Positions 21,351-29,248 of a stretch of DNA of 32,000 bases are shown here, piece by piece (the stretch's first letter is position 1; the number at the start of each line of letters is the position of its first letter). A program made the position numbers and the translations under genes. The stretch is taken from assembly GCA_022843095.1 (NCBI GenBank), contig JALHOH010000001.1, positions 300,001-332,000 of the forward strand. Reading direction: 5' to 3'. A model generated the notes under the pieces. It worked only from the letters and a program-made list of their open reading frames with translations, did not search any database and had not been told where the DNA came from. This DNA comes from Candidatus Saccharimonadota bacterium. GTDB lineage: Bacteria > Patescibacteriota > Patescibacteriia > 2-12-FULL-60-25.

Positions 21351-21425
21351 TGGAGCGGGTGAGGGGAATCGAACCCCTCTCAGCAGGTTGGAAACCTGCG
21401 GTAATAGCCACTATACGACACCCGC
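21351..21425 (-). tRNA. tRNA-Gly (anticodon TCC), CCA encoded
   Basis: Minus strand: acceptor GCGGGTG/CACCCGC, anticodon arm GCAGG-ttTCCaa-CCTGC, T arm AGGGG-ttcgatt-CCCCT. Length 75 nt. Confidence 0.9.
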
Positions 21426-21502
21426 ATGCATCATGTATCGAAAGACATTCTGCATGATTGTCGGAAGTCTTTCAAGAGGTGGCGGGGTGTGGAGAGAAAA
21501 AG

Positions 21503-21531
21503 AAAAAAACCGACCAAAAACGGTTGGTCGG
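21503..21531 (-). terminator. Intrinsic terminator of the histidine phosphatase gene
   Basis: The minus strand reads CCGACCAA-ccgttt-TTGGTCGG followed by T7. Confidence 0.6.
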
Positions 21532-21537
21532 AAGGTG

Positions 21538-22344
21538 TTACCCCGCGATCATTCGAGGGGTTTGTTGGACGTAGGCGAGAAGATCGTCGCTCGAGAACGT
21601 CTCACGGATAATGGGTTCCCACACGTTTCGGATCGGCGGCTCTGCCGTTGGATTGACGGAGCGGACGTGCGTGTAGTGGGGCGCCAGTGTTCCGGTGTCC
21701 GGGTCTCGCCTGGTGTAGTGGATCACCTGGCAGTTGTGGATGCGATCCTCGGGTTTCTTTGAGGTATGACGCTCCACGAATCGTTGCGATGACCACCGTT
21801 CGATGAGGACACGGAACGCCCACATGGTCTCCCCGTGCAGAACCAGGATGACGGACTTATCCGAGCACTCACGATGGAGGGTTTCGAGGACGCGGTCGAT
21901 CCGACCGCACGTATCTGCGATCGATTCTCCGTTTGGAGGCGTCCAGAAGAACGGTTCCGTCTGTCGACGTTCGAGTGTGTGCGTGAACTGTTGGCGACGC
22001 TCCGTATCCGTGAGCGGTTCGAGATCTCCGCCATCGCGTTCGCGGAGATAGAGGTTCTGCCGCCAGCGGACGTCCGGAAGATTCAGTCGAGCAGCCGTCT
22101 CGAGCGCTCGGATGTACGGAGACACGTACGCGCGATCGAAGCGGCCCCCGTTTAGGTTGGCGCGGATCCACGCGCCTGCCGCTTCGGCCTGGTGAATGCC
22201 GCGGTCGGTCAACCGCCAGCTCGAGCTATGACGCGCCCGAAATTCATCCGTATAGTGCCTCGAGTCTCCTTTTTGCGAGGCGTGTTGCGCAGCATTCCCT
22301 TCGGATTCTGCATGGCGAACCAGTACGCAATCGACAGGCATCAT
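21538..22344 (-). CDS. Histidine phosphatase (phosphoglycerate mutase-like) family protein with a C-terminal extension
   Basis: VLVRHAESEGN (RHG motif), SPYIRALETA, LRERDGGDLE and VLHGETMWAF are present. A Shine-Dalgarno sequence (AGGAGAAGGA) precedes the ATG at 22344. Confidence 0.8.
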   Translation of the reverse strand: MMPVDCVLVRHAESEGNAAQHASQKGDSRHYTDEFRARHSSSWRLTDRGIHQAEAAGAWIRANLNGGRFDRAYVSPYIRALETAARLNLPDVRWRQNLYLRERDGGDLEPLTDTERRQQFTHTLERRQTEPFFWTPPNGESIADTCGRIDRVLETLHRECSDKSVILVLHGETMWAFRVLIERWSSQRFVERHTSKKPEDRIHNCQVIHYTRRDPDTGTLAPHYTHVRSVNPTAEPPIRNVWEPIIRETFSSDDLLAYVQQTPRMIAG

Positions 22345-22417
22345 GATGGATCCTTCTCCTTGTTTGAGGTGCTTCTGGCAGCTTTGCAATTTTTTTCGTG
22401 CTGGGCAAGGGGGCTTG

Positions 22418-23611
22418 TTACAGCACCTCCAAGATCGCCGTCTTCAGATAACGTCCTTCGGGAAACGACAGGAGCTCTGGGTGATCCGCCGGTTGTGTGA
22501 GCCACTCGATGACGCGTACGCGTTTTTTGGCGCGTCCTGCGGCAAGGCGTAGCAGATCGCGAAACATATCTTCAGTCACGCGCCCCGAACAGGAGCTCGA
22601 AACGAGTATGCCACCGGGCGAAAGCCGCTCAAAACAGGCTTGATTCAGCGTGGTATAGGCGCGTATGGCTTGCGGGAGATGACGTTCTGATTTCGCGAAG
22701 GCTGGGGGGTCGCAAATGATGAGGTCGTAGGGGCCGCCGGGCGTTTCCGGATCCGCGAGGAGCTCCAGAACATCTGCCTCCAAGAACAGCGTCTTTGTTT
22801 CATCCGAAGGGGAGAGATCGTTCATCGCAAAATGGCGTTCTGCCTGCACCAGGGCACGGCGAGAAATGTCCACGGTTGCCACAAATGCTGCGCCCCCTTT
22901 TGCGGCGTGGATGGAAAATGCGCCCGTATATCCAAACAAGTTCAACACGCGGCGATTCCGCGCCAGCCGTCCAACCGTGCGTCGCGCCTCACGCTGATCC
23001 AAAAAGAATCCCGTCTTTTGTCCCTCTTTGATATCCGCCAAGAACCGGATTCCATCTTCCAAAAACGGCGCTTCGACGGCGTCTCCTGCGTGAGAGAGTA
23101 CAGGAGTATCCTTTAAGCCCTCGCGTGTTCGGACCTCGACATCCGATCGTTCAAGGATGGTTGCAGGAGAAAATACAAGACCAATGGCCTGCACAATGTC
23201 GGCACGCAACCGATCCATGCCCGCGGTGTGTAGTTGAAAAACGCACGCATCGCCGTAGCGATCAAGGATAAGTCCGGGGAGGCCATCTGCCTCGGCGTGG
23301 ATGACGCGGTATCCCGTGGTCTGCGCGGGAAGTCGAGCGCGTTTCCAGGCATCGCGTTCACGAAAACGCTCGGCAAACCAGCGGGCGTCAATGGTGGCCG
23401 AAGGATCGGTGGTAAGCAGACGCACGGCAATATCCATCGTTGGATGGTACGTTCCAAGTCCAAGTGGTGAATGATCCGCGGCTTCAATCCGCACGATTTC
23501 GCCCGGTTCGACGCGGGGGGCACGGGCAATGGCCTGCGAAAAAATCCACGGATGACCACCGCGGATGGGAGCGTCCTTTCCGGGACGTAGGGTAAGAGTC
23601 GGGAATGTCAT
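22418..23611 (-). CDS. RlmI-like class I SAM-dependent rRNA methyltransferase (PUA plus MTase domains)
   Basis: N-terminal LRPGKDAPIRGGHPWIFSQAI, a SAM-binding motif VLNLFGYTGAFSIHAA, and IICDPPAF. Confidence 0.8.
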   Translation of the reverse strand: MTFPTLTLRPGKDAPIRGGHPWIFSQAIARAPRVEPGEIVRIEAADHSPLGLGTYHPTMDIAVRLLTTDPSATIDARWFAERFRERDAWKRARLPAQTTGYRVIHAEADGLPGLILDRYGDACVFQLHTAGMDRLRADIVQAIGLVFSPATILERSDVEVRTREGLKDTPVLSHAGDAVEAPFLEDGIRFLADIKEGQKTGFFLDQREARRTVGRLARNRRVLNLFGYTGAFSIHAAKGGAAFVATVDISRRALVQAERHFAMNDLSPSDETKTLFLEADVLELLADPETPGGPYDLIICDPPAFAKSERHLPQAIRAYTTLNQACFERLSPGGILVSSSCSGRVTEDMFRDLLRLAAGRAKKRVRVIEWLTQPADHPELLSFPEGRYLKTAILEVL

Positions 23612-24030
23612 GCGACCTCGACGGGAGGAAACGCCTCTTCTTCGTCGGTCGGAGCTTGGCGCGGAGTGATGACGCGGTCAAGAAGATATCCAAGAAGTGC
23701 CGTGGCAAGCAGACCGGCGTGAATGTATTTTTCAAAGGGGTAGAGCGCCAACGTTTTTGTGGCGGTAGGGACAAGCCAGGTGTAGGCGGTGAATCCCGCA
23801 AGCAGGAGCGTGTTGGTGTGATACCAGCGCGGAACCCAGACATCCGGTTCTTTCCAGCCAATCTGGAGCGCACCGATCGAAAACACAAGGAAGGCAAAAA
23901 AATAAAAGGCGCGTGGCCGTAATCCCTGGGTGAATAGGTCGTACAACATGGGGGCGAACGCCGGGTAATACAGAATCGCAAGCGTTCGGACGGCGTAGCG
24001 CATGCCGGAATAGGTCGTCGAGGAAGGCAT
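23608..24030 (-). CDS. Hypothetical integral membrane protein, 140 aa (about 4 TM helices)
   Basis: This is the hydrophobic C-terminal part of the 304-aa track ORF. The upstream part of that ORF overlaps the Nudix gene out of frame, so the start is set at the ATG at 24030. The stop overlaps the rlmI-like start (ATGA). Confidence 0.55.
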   Translation of the reverse strand: MPSSTTYSGMRYAVRTLAILYYPAFAPMLYDLFTQGLRPRAFYFFAFLVFSIGALQIGWKEPDVWVPRWYHTNTLLLAGFTAYTWLVPTATKTLALYPFEKYIHAGLLATALLGYLLDRVITPRQAPTDEEEAFPPVEVA

Positions 24031-24091
24031 AGTCGTAGTGTACCTTATGACGGAGTTGAAAAAAACCCGTCCAGTGGGTCGGAGCGGGTTG

Positions 24092-24541
24092 TCAGGGATG
24101 TTTTGGGTAAAACCGGCACAGGACCTCCCACATATCGGGGACGAATTGTGAGGGGGCGAGCGTACGCCAGTTGTGCCATTCAGCGGCGGTGTGCTCGGTC
24201 GGCGAGAGGATGATGGGAGGAGGGATTTCCATCCGGAGTTCCCAGGAATAGTACAGGAAGTCCATTTCGGCAGTCCGGACACCGAGATCTTCTTTGCGCA
24301 CGAGTCGCGCTTCATCGGTGGTGAGATCAAGCCCGGTTTCTTCGCGTACTTCACGAAAGAGCGTCGTCTGGATCGGTTCCCCGGCATCCGCTTTTCCTGC
24401 CGGTACGCCGTAGCGGCCAGGGTACGGTTTCTTTCCCGCTCGTTTGAGGAGCAGAAGTCCTGCGGGGGACCATAAAAGAAGCGATGCGACACGCATCTGG
24501 GGCGTGAATGTTTCTGGCGCACGCCGCGTCGAAAAGATCAT
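24092..24541 (-). CDS. Nudix hydrolase
   Basis: A complete Nudix box is present, GKADAGEPIQTTLFREVREETGL (Gx5Ex7REUxEExGU). A Shine-Dalgarno sequence (AGGAGG) lies upstream. Confidence 0.85.
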   Translation of the reverse strand: MIFSTRRAPETFTPQMRVASLLLWSPAGLLLLKRAGKKPYPGRYGVPAGKADAGEPIQTTLFREVREETGLDLTTDEARLVRKEDLGVRTAEMDFLYYSWELRMEIPPPIILSPTEHTAAEWHNWRTLAPSQFVPDMWEVLCRFYPKHP

Positions 24542-24628
24542 GGAACCTCCTGATCAAGACGGTACGTCGGGGAGAGGGGAAGACGCAAGAACGCATCCGG
24601 ATGGATGCGTTCTTTTTCCAGGGCTTTG

Positions 24629-24702
24629 TCGGGGTGACAGGACTTGAACCTGCGGCCTCCTGCTCCCAAAGCAGGCGCTCTAGCCAACTGAGCTACACCC
24701 CG
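24629..24702 (-). tRNA. tRNA-Pro (anticodon TGG), CCA not encoded
   Basis: Minus strand: acceptor CGGGGTG/CACCCCG, anticodon arm CCTGC-ttTGGga-GCAGG, T arm GCAGG-ttcaagt-CCTGT. The discriminator A is followed by CAA. Confidence 0.9.
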
Positions 24703-24752
24703 GCAAAGCACTTGAGAGATCGATGCGTCGAGGATCCTACCCTACAGAAACG

Positions 24753-24778
24753 AAAAACACCAGCCAGAGGGCGGGTGT
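24753..24778 (-). terminator. Intrinsic terminator of the 146-aa gene
   Basis: 9-bp stem with one mismatch (ACACCAGCC/GGCGGGTGT) and loop AGAG. A T-run follows on the minus strand. Confidence 0.45.
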
Positions 24779-24783
24779 CTAGG

Positions 24784-25224
24784 TTAGTGGATGGCATCGG
24801 CGGAAAATCGCCAGCTGTAGTTGGTGCCGGGGATGCAGATCCGAAGGAGGCGTGGGACCCCGGGAACCCACAGCACCTCATGGGCGTAGAGCGCGTCTTC
24901 GATGCGTTCCGTGCGTGGCCTGAGCCACAGGATGCCCGGACGCGGTTCCCAGCAGGTCGGGCGCATGAGAAGTCCAAGATTGGACGTAAAATCCAGACGC
25001 ATCCACAGATAGCTAAACTCAGTCGGGTTCGTGCGCGGTCGCTTGCGGCCGGCGTGTGCGAACGCGATGAAATGCGTCGGCTCGTTCAGGGTTGTGAACC
25101 CGGTGATGCCGATGTGCACGGCGCGCACGCGTCCCATCCATCGCGCCAGTCGTTCTTGTCCGTTGCGCGTGATCGGGTCGCCGGTCGAAATGATTGGTTG
25201 TGGAGCGCGGTCCTGTTTTCCCAC
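24784..25224 (-). CDS. Hypothetical protein, 146 aa
   Basis: GTG start preceded by GGAGGG at 10-nt spacing, with a terminator downstream. No recognisable motif. Confidence 0.5.
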   Translation of the reverse strand: MGKQDRAPQPIISTGDPITRNGQERLARWMGRVRAVHIGITGFTTLNEPTHFIAFAHAGRKRPRTNPTEFSYLWMRLDFTSNLGLLMRPTCWEPRPGILWLRPRTERIEDALYAHEVLWVPGVPRLLRICIPGTNYSWRFSADAIH

Positions 25225-25307
25225 GACGTCGTATCCCTCCAGGGCACCACGGTTTCAGGTTTTATCGCGCTTGTCAATCCTCTTCGGAACCGCCTAGGAT
25301 GGATGTC

Positions 25308-26450
25308 ATGCATATCCTTCTGGATGCCCGCATGATGGGACCGCTCGCAACGCGCGGGATCGGGCGCTATATCGAGGAACTGGTCCGCGCCTTGCTTCAG
25401 TTGAATACGGACGACACGTACACCCTCCTCGTCCGATCACTGGAAGGATCGCCGTTTTTATCGCATCCGCGCGTGACGCATGTGCACACGGATGTGCCGT
25501 GGTACGGCCTGCGCGAGCAGTGGGCGATGCCGTCTCGTTTGCGGATGGAGGCGGATGTGGTGCATGTGCCGCACTGGAATGTCCCGCTTGGATATCGCGG
25601 AGAACCATTGGTCGTGACGATCCATGATTTGCTGCTCTACCACCAAACGACGAGCGCAAAAGCGTCGCGACGTCATCCGTTTGTGCGCAAGGCAAAGGCA
25701 TGGGGACATCGTCTGACGGTGTCGCATGCGGTGACGACGGCGGGACGCATTCTTGTGCCAACCCAGGCGGTTGCAGCGGATGTCGCGCGGTTTTTCCCGC
25801 AGGACGCAGAAAAAATCGTGGTGACAGGCGAGGGGGTGACGGCGCTTCCCACGGGAGACGCACGGTTACTTGAGACGCACCATCTCCGTCCACACCAGTA
25901 CCTGTTGTATGTGGGGAGTGCGTATCCACATAAACGTTTGGATGTATTGCTCGCCGCCTGGAAAGGGATGGAGGCAAAGTATCCGACCCACGAGCTCGTG
26001 ATCGCCGGAGAAGAGGATGTGTTTATGGCGGAGTACATTGCGCAGGTCAAGAAAGAACGGATTCCGCGCGTGCGTTTTACGGGACGCATTCCGGATGCGA
26101 TGTATGCCACCCTCTTAGAGCAGGCGAGTGCGTTTGTGTATCCAACGTCGTTTGAGGGGTTTGGGCTTCCGCCGCTTGAGGCGTTGTCGAAAGGAACGCC
26201 TGTGATTGCCAGTGATATCGCGGTGTTGCGCGAAGTGTTGCCGTCCGATGGAGTGCGGTTCTTCCGAATGGGCGAGCGAGATGATATGATGCGAACGATC
26301 GACCACGTGCTGCGCGATCGGGCAAAGATTCAAGAACGTGTTCATGCCCTCCGTTCAGAGGTGTTCAGCCGCCATCGGTGGTTGGATGCCGCAGAACGCA
26401 CCCGCGCCGCGTATGCACGAGTCGCATCGCCATCACAACGGGGTTCATGA
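25308..26450 (+). CDS. Glycosyltransferase family 4 (GT1/GT-B fold)
   Basis: N-terminal MHILLDARMM..RGIGRYIEEL and the C-terminal EX7E region PTSFEGFGLPPLEALSKGTPVIAS. An alternative ATG lies at 25299; the track start at 25194 is unlikely. Confidence 0.85.
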   Translation: MHILLDARMMGPLATRGIGRYIEELVRALLQLNTDDTYTLLVRSLEGSPFLSHPRVTHVHTDVPWYGLREQWAMPSRLRMEADVVHVPHWNVPLGYRGEPLVVTIHDLLLYHQTTSAKASRRHPFVRKAKAWGHRLTVSHAVTTAGRILVPTQAVAADVARFFPQDAEKIVVTGEGVTALPTGDARLLETHHLRPHQYLLYVGSAYPHKRLDVLLAAWKGMEAKYPTHELVIAGEEDVFMAEYIAQVKKERIPRVRFTGRIPDAMYATLLEQASAFVYPTSFEGFGLPPLEALSKGTPVIASDIAVLREVLPSDGVRFFRMGERDDMMRTIDHVLRDRAKIQERVHALRSEVFSRHRWLDAAERTRAAYARVASPSQRGS

Positions 26451-29242
26451 GGATGTCTGCCCATGTCCCGCCGGAGGATCAGGCGGCGTTGGAAGCTCAG
26501 CTTGCCAAGGTCGTTGAACGTGAGGGAGTCACGTCGTTTGTCCCCCGCGGAATTAAGCGCCGGAAGCGGTCGCGCGCAACGCATCGTGAGCGCGTGGTTT
26601 TGGCGATCCGTGCAGAGGGTCCATCCGGAGAGGATATCGTGCGCGCTTCCGACCATGCATTGGTGCGACAGGTCACGGGAATCGCGACGCCCGGAGCAAG
26701 GGGGAATCGGTGGGTGGCGGTGCGGTATGGGGAGCATGTCGAGAGTCCGCATGTGTTGCGGGTTGGAGCGTTGGCGAGCAAACGCGTCGTGGAAACGCGG
26801 ACTCCAACGGATGTGGCGGTGAAGCATTGGCTTGCACCATATCAAGAACCGCCGTCACTTTCTGCATTGGCGGCTGAGGTGAATGATCTGTACGTCGGGG
26901 AAATTGACCCGCGTTTTTTCGTGGAACAGTTTACCCCCGCGCATCCGGAGATCGCGTTTCGCGAATCGTACAGTCTGTGGGCTCGAATCCGCCGGCCGTT
27001 TGTTCGGTGGGAGGTCTCCCGCGTTGCCCCGGCTTCTGTGTCGGTTGCGTCGGCATCTGCTGCCTCCGCGATGGTCCTGGAATCTCCGATTATCGCGATG
27101 GCGCCCGTCACCGTAGAGGAGCAATTTACGGCGTCTGATCCGGATGCTGCCTATCGGGCCCGGTTTGGGATCGCGGCACGCATCGGGCAGGCGATGAAGC
27201 GGTGGTTTTCCCGTGCGGACGCCCTGGTCGAAGAGGTGCGTGATTACGAGCATGATTTAGTCGCGGAAGCGCAATCCGCATGGCAGGTGCCGGTCATGGT
27301 GCCAAAGCTCGACTTGGTGCGCGTCATGGGCGGATTTATCGGGCTCATGGCGATCGTGTCCCTGCCGGCGGGCGCGGTCTCGTTGTCGCGTTCGTTCGGA
27401 TCGAGTGTCTTGGTTGCGGAGCGGCAGGGGAACGAGGCCCTTGCGCTTTCCATCGCCGCGGTTGGTGCGGACGGCGCGCGTGCAGATGGGTTTGCGGCAG
27501 CATCCCGTCGGTTTGCGGACGCCGAAAAGACCCTTCTTCAGGCAAATGCCATCGGTTCGGCCATCGCTCGCGCGCTTCCGGAGACACGCGCAAAAATCAA
27601 GACAGCAGAGGCGTTGGTTGAAGCCGGAAAAGACGCATCACAGGCCGCATCTTTATTGGCGCGCGCCATGGATCGTCTCTTTGCCGATGAAGGTCGGCCT
27701 GATGAACGCGCACTCCTTTTTGCCACCAACTTGGATGCCGCGGCGCCTGCCTTGGAACGCGCGGAAAAGCGCCTGCAGGAAGTGGATCCATCGGCGTTGC
27801 CTCCAGAACTTCGTGACCAGGTTGTTCTCATGCGTTCCATGCTTGGAGAGGCGCGGATGACCCTGCGTGAAACGCGTCGCATGGCGGCGATCCTTCCGGA
27901 TCTGTTGGGGCATGATCTTTTCCGAACGTATTTGCTGGTGTTTCAAAATCAGACCGAATTACGCCCCACCGGAGGATTCATGGGGTCATTGGCAGAGGTG
28001 CAGGTCGATCGCGGCGCAATTACCAAGGTCCAGGTTCCAGGAGGAGGACCGTATGATCTCCGGAGTCAGTTAAAGGTCCGTGTCCAACCGCCCAAGCCGT
28101 TGCAATTGGTGGGGGGGCGATGGGAGTTTCAGGATGCTAACTGGTTTCCGGATTTTCCGACGTCTGCTGCAAAGATTCGTTGGTTTTGGGAAAAAAGCGG
28201 TCAGCCCACGCTGGACGGCGTGATCGCGGTGAACGCAACGATCATGGAGGATGTCTTGCGTGTATTGGGCCCTGTCGAACTTCCTGCGTACGGAAAAACA
28301 ATTACCGCGGAAAATTTTCATTTCGAAACGCAAAAAGCCGTGGAATTGGAATACGACAAGGCAGAAAATAAGCCAAAGAAAATCATCGGAGATCTCATGG
28401 CGATCCTCATGGAGCGCGTGAAGACGGCGGATCGGGACACGCGGATGAAACTGGTACAAATCGCCGCGTCGGCGTTGGAGACAAAGGAAATCCAGCTCGC
28501 ATTCTTCCGACCCGAAGAACAGTCGGTGGTTCAGGATTTTGGATGGAGCGGGGTCATGCCACCGGTGCAGGGGGATGCGCTTTCTCTCATTACGGCAAAC
28601 ATCGCGGGTCAAAAGTCCGATGCAGAAGTCAAGGAATCCATTCGTCTGGTAGTGAATGCAGCGAAAGATGGAACGCTCACAAATACCGTGACCATTACGC
28701 GCCGTCATGAAGGGCAAAAGGGTGCGCTGTTTACGGGTGCGAACAACGTTGCGTATCTCCGTCTCTACGTTCCAAAAGGGGCAACGCTTCTTACTGCAGA
28801 GGGGTTTCATCCACCTGTGGCACACTACTTTGAAGAGCCGCTTCCAGAAGACACGGTGGATCCGGATATCGCGCGTCTCGTGACACCAAAGTCAAGCTCG
28901 GTCGCTGGAGTCGATATCACCGAGGAATTTGGGCGTACGGTGTTTGGTGGATGGGTCCAAGTGGCTCCGGGGAACGAGGAGGTGACGACGTTTACCTATC
29001 AGTTACCGTTTACGTTGGATGATGTCGGACGCAAGCTTGGAACGGGATCACCCGACGAGAAAACGCGCGCTGCGTATACGCTGCTTCTTGGAAGTCAGTC
29101 TGGTACGCCGCATCGCACCGTGGAGGTGAAGCTGAATCTTCCTACAACCCTTGTTCCTGATTTTCGACACGGATTTACCGAGACGCTTTCTGCGACTTCC
29201 ACGTGGGATCGTGATCGTGTATTGGGGGTGTTGTTTCGCTAA
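26447..29242 (+). CDS. DUF4012 domain membrane protein with an N-terminal cytoplasmic extension of about 290 aa
   Basis: The start overlaps the GT4 stop (ATGA). A TM helix is present (VMGGFIGLMAIVSLPAGAV). The DUF4012 hallmark LLGHDLFRTYLLVFQNQTELRPTGGFMGSLAEVQVDRGAI is present. Confidence 0.8.
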   Translation: MRMSAHVPPEDQAALEAQLAKVVEREGVTSFVPRGIKRRKRSRATHRERVVLAIRAEGPSGEDIVRASDHALVRQVTGIATPGARGNRWVAVRYGEHVESPHVLRVGALASKRVVETRTPTDVAVKHWLAPYQEPPSLSALAAEVNDLYVGEIDPRFFVEQFTPAHPEIAFRESYSLWARIRRPFVRWEVSRVAPASVSVASASAASAMVLESPIIAMAPVTVEEQFTASDPDAAYRARFGIAARIGQAMKRWFSRADALVEEVRDYEHDLVAEAQSAWQVPVMVPKLDLVRVMGGFIGLMAIVSLPAGAVSLSRSFGSSVLVAERQGNEALALSIAAVGADGARADGFAAASRRFADAEKTLLQANAIGSAIARALPETRAKIKTAEALVEAGKDASQAASLLARAMDRLFADEGRPDERALLFATNLDAAAPALERAEKRLQEVDPSALPPELRDQVVLMRSMLGEARMTLRETRRMAAILPDLLGHDLFRTYLLVFQNQTELRPTGGFMGSLAEVQVDRGAITKVQVPGGGPYDLRSQLKVRVQPPKPLQLVGGRWEFQDANWFPDFPTSAAKIRWFWEKSGQPTLDGVIAVNATIMEDVLRVLGPVELPAYGKTITAENFHFETQKAVELEYDKAENKPKKIIGDLMAILMERVKTADRDTRMKLVQIAASALETKEIQLAFFRPEEQSVVQDFGWSGVMPPVQGDALSLITANIAGQKSDAEVKESIRLVVNAAKDGTLTNTVTITRRHEGQKGALFTGANNVAYLRLYVPKGATLLTAEGFHPPVAHYFEEPLPEDTVDPDIARLVTPKSSSVAGVDITEEFGRTVFGGWVQVAPGNEEVTTFTYQLPFTLDDVGRKLGTGSPDEKTRAAYTLLLGSQSGTPHRTVEVKLNLPTTLVPDFRHGFTETLSATSTWDRDRVLGVLFR

Positions 29243-29248
29243 CGGAAT

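Noticed and set aside
21176-21370. Integrated mobile element bounded by the 20-nt tRNA-Gly 3'-end direct repeat.
   Set aside because: The repeats enclose only 155 bp of hairpins. There is no integrase, transposase or phage gene anywhere in the window. At most this is a scar, and the conserved 5' acceptor strand argues for whole-tRNA duplication rather than an att-site duplication.
24031-24522. N-terminal 164 codons of the 304-aa track ORF (23608-24522, minus strand).
   Set aside because: This part overlaps the Nudix gene out of frame, and the Nudix gene has a perfect Nudix box. Only the hydrophobic C-terminal 140 aa, from the ATG at 24030, are kept.
24508-25335. 275-aa + strand ORF spanning tRNA-Pro and the 146-aa gene region.
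   Set aside because: It reads straight through a well-formed tRNA gene and a terminator. Its composition is atypical. The minus-strand 146-aa ORF has a Shine-Dalgarno sequence and a terminator and is preferred.
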